Below are positions 44,921-52,888 of a DNA stretch of 64,000 bases, in pieces; position 1 is the first letter of the stretch; each line of letters opens with the position of its first letter. The notes beneath the pieces were generated by a model. The model was not told where the DNA came from, did no database searches, and saw nothing but the letters and a program-made list of their open reading frames with translations. A program made the translations under genes and the position numbers. This DNA is from a bacterium (lineage in GTDB: Bacteria > Patescibacteriota > Microgenomatia > UBA1400 > UBA12108): positions 28,284 through 92,283 of the forward strand of contig JAJYKS010000004.1 in NCBI GenBank assembly GCA_021788365.1, written 5' to 3'.

Positions 44921-46573
44921 ATGAATCAGTTAACACCAATTAAAATAGTTCCCCTTGGAGGGATGCCCAACGTGCACGACAATATGTACGTGTATGAATC
45001 AGCAACCGACGCATTTGTCGTCGACTGTGGCATGGGTTTTCCCGAAGAGGGTATCTCGGGAGTAGATCTCACGATTCCCGATATTCGTTACTTAAAAGAC
45101 AAGCTCAGTAAGCTTCGCGGGATAGTACTGACGCACGGACACGAAGATCACATCGGGGGTCTACCATACGTGATTCCACAACTAGGAGAGCACATCCCCA
45201 TCTATGCGAGTAAGCTGACGGCAGGATTCGTCCGGGAAAAATTTAAGGAATTCGGCCTCGACATCAAAATGATCAACGTGGTGGGAGACCGCCAACCGAT
45301 CTCGCTAGGTATATTTCAAGTAAAGATGATTCCAGTAAATCACTCGGTGCCAGATACCAAGCACCTCGTGATTAAAACCCCGTACGGTAACATCTACCAT
45401 GGCTCAGACTTCAAGTTCGACTGGACGCCAATTGGCCAAGAAGTGTCGGACATTCAATCGATAACCCGCGCCGGTGCAGAAGGAGTAACGCTCCTGTTAT
45501 CAGACTGTCTGCGTGGAGAGAAGGATGGCTATTCTCTCTCGGAATCCATCGTCGAAGAATCGTTTGAGCGCGAGTTCAAGGACGTGGAAAACCGCGTCGT
45601 CGTGACCACGATGAGTAGCAATATCGGTCGCATTCAGCAGGCGCTCTGGGTGGCCAAGAACCATGGCCGCAAAGTGGCTTTTGTTGGTTTCTCAATAGAA
45701 CGAAACGTCAAAGTCGCAGCAGAGCTTGGATTTCTGAAAATCCCGCCGCGCCTGGTCATAGACAAGCGCAAAATAGGCTCACTACCGAAGAGCGAACAGT
45801 GTTTGATCATAGCCGGCTCGCAGGGACAGATAGGCTCGTCGCTCGAGAAAATTGCCGCTGGAGAGCACAAGTTGGTACATCTCGACCCTGGCGACAAAGT
45901 GGTCTTCTCTGCCGACCCTATCCCCGGAAACGAGAGTAACGTCTATCGATTAATAGACATGCTGGCGCACCATGACCTGACAGTTTCCTACTCGGACATT
46001 GCCTCCGACCTTCACGTTTCCGGCCATGCCTCGAGCAAAGAACTCATGATGCTTATTGGTATGACAAAACCCAAGTATGTAATGCCAACAGGTGGGACCT
46101 ACCGGCACGCTGTACACTACAGCAAGCTGGCTCAAAAAATGGGAATACCGGCAGACCATGTCATGCTTCCAGAGAATCAAGAGATCATAATCGAGTCAAC
46201 CGGAGTCGTCCATACAGGCGAGACGCTAGACCTCAAAACGGTGTATGTCGAGTCTGGCGAGATTACATGGGCTGACACGCCAATTAAAGAACGTCAGCTT
46301 ATGTTCCAAGAAGGGGTGGTTGTGGTGCTACTTACGCTGCCATCACAAGGCGGCGCTTTGGATATAGACATTATTCCCAAAGGAATCACTAAATTCATCG
46401 AGCCCGACGTCATGAAACGGGTAAAAGAAGGTCTACGAGCATCCCTGGGATCAGGAGACATACGCCGTGACGCGTTGTATAGTAAAGAAAAAGTGTCCAA
46501 GGAGGTGAGCCGGTTATTCGTAAAAGAAATCGGCAAAAATCCGGTGGTCATTCCAATTATTATTGAGGATTGA
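44921..46573 (+). CDS. rnj: ribonuclease J (beta-CASP metallo-beta-lactamase RNase)
   Basis: 'LTHGHEDHIGGLPYV' is the MBL HxHxDH motif. The beta-CASP and C-terminal domains are present. Length is 550 aa. Confidence 0.85.
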   Translation: MNQLTPIKIVPLGGMPNVHDNMYVYESATDAFVVDCGMGFPEEGISGVDLTIPDIRYLKDKLSKLRGIVLTHGHEDHIGGLPYVIPQLGEHIPIYASKLTAGFVREKFKEFGLDIKMINVVGDRQPISLGIFQVKMIPVNHSVPDTKHLVIKTPYGNIYHGSDFKFDWTPIGQEVSDIQSITRAGAEGVTLLLSDCLRGEKDGYSLSESIVEESFEREFKDVENRVVVTTMSSNIGRIQQALWVAKNHGRKVAFVGFSIERNVKVAAELGFLKIPPRLVIDKRKIGSLPKSEQCLIIAGSQGQIGSSLEKIAAGEHKLVHLDPGDKVVFSADPIPGNESNVYRLIDMLAHHDLTVSYSDIASDLHVSGHASSKELMMLIGMTKPKYVMPTGGTYRHAVHYSKLAQKMGIPADHVMLPENQEIIIESTGVVHTGETLDLKTVYVESGEITWADTPIKERQLMFQEGVVVVLLTLPSQGGALDIDIIPKGITKFIEPDVMKRVKEGLRASLGSGDIRRDALYSKEKVSKEVSRLFVKEIGKNPVVIPIIIED

Positions 46574-46612
46574 GCGTGAGCGAAATCCTGAGCGAAGTCG
46601 AAGGATTAAACT

Positions 46613-48733
46613 ATGAAACGGAGAGGTCGTAGAAAAAAACCATTTAAGCTGAAGCTCAAGAAAGAGGTAGCCTACAGCGTAGTATCACTCGTCTTCGCGA
46701 CCGTTGCCGTGGTAATTTTGCTATCCTTCACTCGCCAGGGACCGGTCCTTGCCCATACCTACACCGTCCTTTCCCGTGCATTTGGTTGGACTGCGGTCTT
46801 TTTACCATTCCTCCTCCTCGCGATTGCCTTCATGATGACGCAAATGAAATGGGCGCTCGCAAGCCCCAATATTCTCTTGGGTGGTGCACTCCTCTTTGCT
46901 GGTATGTTGGGACTAACGGGGGCGGGTGAACTGGGATCGCAAATGGCAGCGTCAGTCGGCGCCATTCTCACGAAAGTAGGAGCGGGAATTGTTTTTTTCG
47001 CGGTCTCAGTGATGGGGGTTACCATCCTCACAGAGACACCGTTCGAAGAATTTATTGCCATCCTCGTTAATGTGGCCAAATCAATTGGTGGCATATTTGA
47101 GAGAAAACAAGAGAAAAAGGAAAAATCGCGTTTCCCCGATGACGTCAAGCCCAAAATCAATATTCCGGGAGCAGGCAAAGTTGAAAAGCCAGAACCAGCG
47201 GTCAAGGAAACAAACAACGCCCACCCATCTCCAGTCCCAGCAACCGATTTTGCCGAAACGATTGCAAAACCAGCCGACGGGGGAGAGACCAAGATTTGGA
47301 AGTATCCGCCGCTCTCACTCTTGTCGGAAAACAAGGGTGCCAAGGCCGATCGCGGCGATGTCAAAGAAAACGCTCATATCATAGAGAGTACCCTCGATTC
47401 CTTTGGTATACACGCCAAGGTAGCCGAGGTTAACGGCGGTCCGGCCGTAACCCAATATGCCATACGCATTGCCGAGGGAACCAAACTGAGCAAAGTAAAA
47501 GCGTTGCAGACAGACCTTGCACTCGCCCTTGCCGCCCCAACTGGCCAAATCCGTATAGAAGCACCCATTCCCGGTCGCAACCTAGTGGGTATCGAGATCC
47601 CCAACCGTTCACCGGAATATGTGACCCTCCGTGAGATCATGACCCATCCCGACATGAAAAAAGAAAAGTCGAAGCTTGCCGTTGGCCTCGGCCTCGGCGT
47701 CTCCGGCGGTCCCGCGATAGCCGACGTCAAAAAGATGCCGCATGTTTTGGTAGCCGGTGCGACAGGTTCCGGCAAATCAGTCTGTATTAACACCATTATT
47801 ACGACGCTATTATTCCGCAACTCACCAGCCGAACTCAGGCTCATCCTCGTCGACCCCAAAAGGGTAGAACTCACTGGCTATAATGGAATTCCCCACCTTC
47901 TAACCCCCGTGATTACCGATGCCGAACGCGTCATCGCCGCTCTCCAGTGGGCTACCAAGGAAATGGACAAACGTTACAAGATGTTTGCCGAGGTAGGCGC
48001 CAGAAACATCGAGGAATACAACGAACTTGCAGGCTTTACTTCAATGGAATACATCGTGATCGTGATAGACGAGCTAGCCGACATTATGCTAACCGCGCCG
48101 TCCAAAGTAGAGGACTTGATCGTTCGCTTGGCACAGATGGCCCGCGCAACAGGCATCCACCTTATTGTTGCAACCCAGCGCCCATCGGTAAACGTCATCA
48201 CAGGCCTTATCAAGGCCAACATCCCCACGCGTATCGCCTTTAATGTGGCGAGCATGATCGACTCACGGGTCATTATAGACAGTCCCGGCGCCGAAAAGCT
48301 TCTAGGTCGTGGCGACATGCTCTATGTACCACCTGACCGACCTATGCCTACCCGCATCCAAGGGACCTTTGTGACCAACGCCGAAATTAAGAATCTTATT
48401 GATTTCTTAAAAGAGAGTGCCGCCGAAACACCGAGCTATCAGGAAGAAGTGACGGAAAAATATCTCCACGAAGAGGCGGGGGGAGAGGGCGGTGAAGAGC
48501 GCGACGAGCGTTTCGACGACGCCGTCATGGCCGTGACCGCAGCCGGCAAAGCTAGCACCAGCTATCTACAGCGCCGCCTGTCCCTGGGATACAACCGCGC
48601 TGCCAAGATTATGGATCAGCTGGAAGCTGCTGGAGTAATTAGTGCTTCCGATGGCACCGCCAAACCACGACAAGTCCTAATGAATAGCATAGATGACCTC
48701 AAGGCTCGCGAACAAAGCCAATCTTCCAAATAA
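46613..48733 (+). CDS. ftsK: DNA translocase FtsK/SpoIIIE
   Basis: N-terminal TM segments are followed by the motor domain 'PHVLVAGATGSGKS' (Walker A) and 'IVIVIDELADIM' (Walker B), with a C-terminal gamma winged helix 'YLQRRLSLGYNRAAKIMDQLEAAGVIS'. Confidence 0.85.
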   Translation: MKRRGRRKKPFKLKLKKEVAYSVVSLVFATVAVVILLSFTRQGPVLAHTYTVLSRAFGWTAVFLPFLLLAIAFMMTQMKWALASPNILLGGALLFAGMLGLTGAGELGSQMAASVGAILTKVGAGIVFFAVSVMGVTILTETPFEEFIAILVNVAKSIGGIFERKQEKKEKSRFPDDVKPKINIPGAGKVEKPEPAVKETNNAHPSPVPATDFAETIAKPADGGETKIWKYPPLSLLSENKGAKADRGDVKENAHIIESTLDSFGIHAKVAEVNGGPAVTQYAIRIAEGTKLSKVKALQTDLALALAAPTGQIRIEAPIPGRNLVGIEIPNRSPEYVTLREIMTHPDMKKEKSKLAVGLGLGVSGGPAIADVKKMPHVLVAGATGSGKSVCINTIITTLLFRNSPAELRLILVDPKRVELTGYNGIPHLLTPVITDAERVIAALQWATKEMDKRYKMFAEVGARNIEEYNELAGFTSMEYIVIVIDELADIMLTAPSKVEDLIVRLAQMARATGIHLIVATQRPSVNVITGLIKANIPTRIAFNVASMIDSRVIIDSPGAEKLLGRGDMLYVPPDRPMPTRIQGTFVTNAEIKNLIDFLKESAAETPSYQEEVTEKYLHEEAGGEGGEERDERFDDAVMAVTAAGKASTSYLQRRLSLGYNRAAKIMDQLEAAGVISASDGTAKPRQVLMNSIDDLKAREQSQSSK

Positions 48734-48734
48734 T

Positions 48735-49361
48735 ATGAAAACCGCTGGCGAGCTACTAAAAGAAAAACGTCTTACGAAGGAACTATCACTTGAGGCCGTA
48801 GCTGCCAAAATTAAGATTAAGCCAGAATACTTAGATGCGCTCGAATCCTCCAACTTTAAGAAACTCCCCTCAGCCACCTTCGCAAAAGGATTTCTGAGAA
48901 ACTACGCACACTTCCTCCGAGTAAATCCCGACACGGCGCTTGCCATGTTTCGCCGCGACTTTGTCGAGAATGCACGTGGCGAGATCGTCCCCCGTGGGCT
49001 CGTAGAACCAGTCGCAGGCAAGACAAAAATCGTACCGGTAAATATGATTCTTACCGGCATAGCAGTCGCCACATTTCTCGTATTTCTTGGCTTTGAACTT
49101 TTCCAGTGGTGGAGCCTGCCGCGGCTAACACTCTTATCTCCACAAGAGGGTGGTGTCTACGGAGAGAAGGTGACCATAAAAGGAGAGACAAACGCCGATT
49201 CGGTCGTGACCATCGATAAACAAAAAGTGATTGTAGATCCGTCGGGTAATTTTAGCCTAGACCTCATTTTCCCATCTGGCACCCACTCAGTACTCGTGGA
49301 AGCGACGAACGTTCGGGGGAAAACCAAGCTCCTCGAGCGCTCCTTCACTGTCTCGAAATAA
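48735..49361 (+). CDS. rodZ: RodZ-like helix-turn-helix cytoskeletal membrane protein
   Basis: 'MKTAGELLKEKRLTKELSLEAVAAKIKIKPEYLDALESSNFKKLPSATFAKGFLRNYAHFL' matches the RodZ HTH N-terminus. It is followed by a single TM and a C-terminal periplasmic domain. Confidence 0.6.
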   Translation: MKTAGELLKEKRLTKELSLEAVAAKIKIKPEYLDALESSNFKKLPSATFAKGFLRNYAHFLRVNPDTALAMFRRDFVENARGEIVPRGLVEPVAGKTKIVPVNMILTGIAVATFLVFLGFELFQWWSLPRLTLLSPQEGGVYGEKVTIKGETNADSVVTIDKQKVIVDPSGNFSLDLIFPSGTHSVLVEATNVRGKTKLLERSFTVSK

Positions 49362-49371
49362 CTAACCCAAA

Positions 49372-49448
49372 AAGGTCTGTCCTGCTAAGGAGATCCCGGC
49401 CACCGGCCGAGATGTTTAGTCGAACGTAGTGAGACCAGGACAGACCTT
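49372..49448. repeat. palindromic repeat element of the same family with a longer interior
   Basis: The arms AAGGTCTGTCCTG / CAGGACAGACCTT flank 'ctaaggagatcccggccaccggccgagatGTTTAGTCGAACgtaGTGAGACC'. The interior shares GTTTAGTCGAAC...GTGAGACC with 20506-20545. Confidence 0.55.
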
Positions 49449-49449
49449 A

Positions 49450-49740
49450 ATGTATGTGATACGATTGATGGGTATGGACCTGCCACAAATCTTACTATTG
49501 GTTGTTATTGTCGTCATCTCCGTCATATTGGTTGTAATTGGCGTCCAGATAATTGGACTATTGCGAGACGCCAAGGAGACACTAAAGAAGACGGACGCCA
49601 TCCTCGATGATCTCGGTTTCCTCTCTCGTACACTGACTCGCTCGGGGAGTACTATTGGGCACATGGTTTCTGGCCTCGAATCCGGCGTACAACTTGTCGG
49701 CATGCTCACCAAGCTCGTCGCCCCCAAATCGAAAAAATAG
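49450..49740 (+). CDS. small membrane protein (DUF948-like)
   Basis: An N-terminal TM ('ILLLVVIVVISVILVVIGVQIIGLL') is followed by an amphipathic helical tail. The start is moved downstream of the palindromic repeat that the ORF-track start overlaps. The start remains uncertain. Confidence 0.35.
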   Translation: MYVIRLMGMDLPQILLLVVIVVISVILVVIGVQIIGLLRDAKETLKKTDAILDDLGFLSRTLTRSGSTIGHMVSGLESGVQLVGMLTKLVAPKSKK

Positions 49741-49773
49741 TTTGAAATTTGGTAATTAGTACTTGAATGAAAA

Positions 49774-50139
49774 TTGAAATATATGACTGATTGTTCTTGC
49801 TCCCACCATCCATCTGACTCCTCCGGCTTTGTCTCCGGTCTCATGGTAGGCGTAATTGTTGGTGCTGCCGCAGCGCACTTCCTAAATAACACTGAACGAG
49901 GTCGTGAGATCCTCGATAATATAAAAGAAAACGCAGGCGATGCCTTAAAAGAAGTTGTAGAAAACCCGGCACTCGCCGAAAAAATGAAAGACTTAGAAAA
50001 AACAGTTGCCGAAGCACGGAAAACGATTAACAGCGCAGCTGAGCGTGTCGCCGAAGCCACCGAACCAGCAGAGGTAGACACATCCGCCGCCCCCAAAAAG
50101 AATTTCTTTAAATCGCTCGGTCGTTCCCTTGGTAAATAG
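49774..50139 (+). CDS. YtxH-like small membrane/stress protein
   Basis: A Gly/Ala-rich TM ('FVSGLMVGVIVGAAAAHFL') is followed by a helical Lys/Glu-rich tail, typical of YtxH-domain proteins. Confidence 0.4.
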   Translation: MKYMTDCSCSHHPSDSSGFVSGLMVGVIVGAAAAHFLNNTERGREILDNIKENAGDALKEVVENPALAEKMKDLEKTVAEARKTINSAAERVAEATEPAEVDTSAAPKKNFFKSLGRSLGK

Positions 50140-50154
50140 TTCTATAATGTCCCC

Positions 50155-50709
50155 ATGGAAAATTTTCTGGATTTGCTCTCGGTATATCACCCAATTGACG
50201 CACAAGAAGAGGCAAGTCGCAAAAAGATCATCTCGCTAGTCAAAAACTACGGCACTCCCGCCTTTGATCACGACTTTCTCCCCGGTCACATAACTGCCTC
50301 TGCGCTCGTCGTAAACAAAGCGCTCACCCACGTTCTCCTCAACCACCACAAAAAGCTTGATATGTGGTTTCAATTTGGTGGCCACAGCGACGGCTCACCC
50401 GACGTACGCGCAACCGCCATGCGCGAAGCACAGGAAGAATCGGGTTTACACTCGCTCGAGTTCTATCCCGGCCAAGGGATTCTCGATGTGGACGTGCACG
50501 ATATCCCAGCTCGTCCCGAGATGCCCGCCCACCAACATCACGACGTACGGTTTCTGCTGACGGCCGACATGGCCGAGCCGTTCGTTATTTCAGAGGAGTC
50601 GCACGACCTTAAATGGGTGCGGCTCGAGGATATCGAGTCCTACAATCACGAAGACACCTTCCACCGCATGATCAATAAAGTCATCGTCCTTCGTAAGTCA
50701 CTACCATAA
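50155..50709 (+). CDS. NUDIX hydrolase
   Basis: The Nudix box 'GGHSDGSPDVRATAMREAQEESGL' (GX5EX7REUXEEXGU pattern) is present. Confidence 0.7.
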   Translation: MENFLDLLSVYHPIDAQEEASRKKIISLVKNYGTPAFDHDFLPGHITASALVVNKALTHVLLNHHKKLDMWFQFGGHSDGSPDVRATAMREAQEESGLHSLEFYPGQGILDVDVHDIPARPEMPAHQHHDVRFLLTADMAEPFVISEESHDLKWVRLEDIESYNHEDTFHRMINKVIVLRKSLP

Positions 50710-50735
50710 TTCGAATCATAGTAGTATCTCTTCGT

Positions 50736-50954
50736 ATGAAAAACATACAACTAGGTAGATACGAGCATTTCAAGGGAGGATTTTACGAGGTAATTGCTGT
50801 TGGGAAACATAGCGAGACGCTGGAAGACTATGTCGTCTACCGTCACGAGGACGACGGTTCGGTCTGGGTCCGCCCGCTTTCCATGTTCATCGAGTTAGTT
50901 GAAAAAGATGGCCTCAAAATACCGCGATTCCGCTACATGGGCCCCTCGACGTAA
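50736..50954 (+). CDS. DUF1653-family small protein
   Basis: 'RYEHFKGGFYEVIAVGKHSETLEDYVVYRHEDDGSVWVRPLSMF' matches the DUF1653 consensus (YRHYKGG.Y.V...A.HSET.E..VVY......WVRP...F). Confidence 0.55.
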   Translation: MKNIQLGRYEHFKGGFYEVIAVGKHSETLEDYVVYRHEDDGSVWVRPLSMFIELVEKDGLKIPRFRYMGPST

Positions 50955-50972
50955 TCTGCTACAATACACCTC

Positions 50973-52802
50973 ATGAAATCCGCAGACATTCGCAAGAAAT
51001 ACCTCGAGTTTTACAAGGCACGCGGCCACGCCGTGATCCCTGCCGCCCCGATCGTACCGCCAGACGATCCCACCACGCTTTTCACCAGTAGCGGCATGCA
51101 GCAAATGGTGCCATGCCTAAAAGGCGAGCCCCACCCCATGGGGACACGCCTCACCGACTCGCAGCCCTCATTCCGCGCCGACGACATCGAAGAGGTGGGC
51201 GACAATCGCCACATTTGCATGTTCGAGATGCTCGGCAACTGGTCGCTCGGCGATTACTTCAAAAAAGAACAGCTTCCCTGGGTGTACGAATTCTTAACCA
51301 AAGAAGTCGGCCTCGACCCCGACCGTCTTTTCGTCTCAGTTTTTGCAGGAGACGAGTACGCGCCGCGTGACGACGAAAGTATCAAAATCTGGCAGAGTGT
51401 TTTTAGCACCGACAAGCCTGCAAAAGTAGGCACCGAAGGATTCGACCCCGCTACAAAAATCTACCTCTATCCCGCCAAAAAGAACTGGTGGAGCCGTGCC
51501 GGCGAGCCAGCCAAGATGCCGGTGGGCGAGGTTGGCGGCCCCGACTCCGAAGTATTCTACGACTTTGGCGAAGAGTTGCATTTGCACGAAAACTCTTCCT
51601 GGTCAGGAGAACCATGCCACGTAAACTGCGACTGCGGCCGGTTCCTAGAGATTGGCAACTCTGTGTTTATGCAATACGTAAAAACCGATAGTGGCGTGCA
51701 GCCACTCCCCAAGAACAACGTCGACTTTGGTGGTGGACTGGAGCGACTCGCCGCCGCATCCCAAAACACACCCGACATCTTTACTACCGACTCATTCACT
51801 TCGATACTACGTAGTATCGAAGTGTCATCGGGGAAGAGATACGAGGGCGAGTATATGCCGCCCATGCGCGTCATCGCCGACCACCTCCGTGCCGCGGTTT
51901 TCATGATCGCCCAGGGCATTACCCCCAGCAACAAATTGCAGGGATACGTACTCCGCCGCCTTCTTCGCCGCGCCGCCGTCCGCGGCCGCAAGCTGGGCGG
52001 CGACATTAAAAAGATTTTTGAGAGCAGTATCCCGACCGTGGTCTCGTTCTATAGTGACGCGGGTTTTATCTCGGCGGACTCCAGTACAAAAGTCCAAGCA
52101 GTTGTTTCTGAAGAACTGACACGCTTTGAGAAAGTTTTGACGAACGGCATCAAAGAAATCGACCGGCGGCAGGGGAAGCTGGACGAGCAAATTGCCTTCG
52201 ACCTCTATCAAAGCTATGGCTTCCCGTTTGAGATAACCAGCGAACTCGTGGCAGAAAAAGGGACAACGCTATCTCAGGAAAAATTCGACGAGCTATTTAA
52301 GAAACACAAAGAAGAGTCGCGCACGGCCAGTGCTGGTATGTTCAAGGGCGGCCTCGCCGACCACTCAGAAGTGGTGACCAAATATCACACCACCACCCAT
52401 CTTCTCCATCAAGCGCTCCGCGACGTGCTGGGCGACGAGATCTCGCAGGCTGGCAGCAACTTGACATCCGAACGCCTCCGCTTCGACTACACGTATAGCG
52501 GCAAGCCTACGGACGAACAATTGAAGAAGATTGAGACTATCGTGAACGAAAAGATAAAAGCAGATCTACCGGTGGTAAAAACCATCGAAGATAAAGACGA
52601 GGCGCTAAAATCCGGTGCCCGCGCCTTCTTTGCCGAGAAATACCCGGACAAGGTAAGTGTGTACACCATAGGCGACTACTCAAAAGAGTTGTGCGGCGGT
52701 CCACATGTAGGGCATACCGGTGAAATCGGGGGAATGAGGGTGGTAAAAGACGAATCCTTGGGTGTCGGCAAGCGCCGCATTTACGCCCGCCTTACAGCCT
52801 AA
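50973..52802 (+). CDS. alaS: alanine--tRNA ligase, catalytic, tRNA-recognition and editing domains only (no C-Ala domain)
   Basis: The class II motifs 'TLFTSSGMQQ', 'FEMLGNWSLGDYFK' and 'NSVFMQY' are present, with the editing-domain HxxxH 'HTTTHLLHQALR' and 'CGGPHV'. At 609 aa it is shorter than canonical AlaRS (about 870 aa). Confidence 0.85.
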   Translation: MKSADIRKKYLEFYKARGHAVIPAAPIVPPDDPTTLFTSSGMQQMVPCLKGEPHPMGTRLTDSQPSFRADDIEEVGDNRHICMFEMLGNWSLGDYFKKEQLPWVYEFLTKEVGLDPDRLFVSVFAGDEYAPRDDESIKIWQSVFSTDKPAKVGTEGFDPATKIYLYPAKKNWWSRAGEPAKMPVGEVGGPDSEVFYDFGEELHLHENSSWSGEPCHVNCDCGRFLEIGNSVFMQYVKTDSGVQPLPKNNVDFGGGLERLAAASQNTPDIFTTDSFTSILRSIEVSSGKRYEGEYMPPMRVIADHLRAAVFMIAQGITPSNKLQGYVLRRLLRRAAVRGRKLGGDIKKIFESSIPTVVSFYSDAGFISADSSTKVQAVVSEELTRFEKVLTNGIKEIDRRQGKLDEQIAFDLYQSYGFPFEITSELVAEKGTTLSQEKFDELFKKHKEESRTASAGMFKGGLADHSEVVTKYHTTTHLLHQALRDVLGDEISQAGSNLTSERLRFDYTYSGKPTDEQLKKIETIVNEKIKADLPVVKTIEDKDEALKSGARAFFAEKYPDKVSVYTIGDYSKELCGGPHVGHTGEIGGMRVVKDESLGVGKRRIYARLTA

Positions 52803-52816
52803 TTTGAAATTTGAGA

Positions 52817-52857
52817 ATGGAAGTGCCCAATCCTCCCAGGGAGAAGCAGGTCAGACC
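52817..52857. repeat. partial copy of the palindromic repeat family immediately after the alaS stop
   Basis: It shares ATGGAAGTGCCCAA and GCAGGTCAGACC with the 9090-9139 copy, but the left outer arm is missing. Confidence 0.45.
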
Positions 52858-52888
52858 CTATGGGTACTCTGTGCTATGCTCTATTTGT

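Noticed and set aside
49416-50096. 226-aa minus-strand ORF
   Set aside because: It overlaps three plausible + strand small genes and a palindromic repeat. The translation is Ser/Ala/Thr low-complexity with no motif, so it is most likely a spurious antisense ORF.
52811-52888. ORF-track N-terminal extension of the 818-aa gene (MRMEVPNPPREKQVRPYG...)
   Set aside because: It is a translation of the palindromic repeat copy that is also found at 9090-9139 in non-coding context. The start was moved to Met at 52889.
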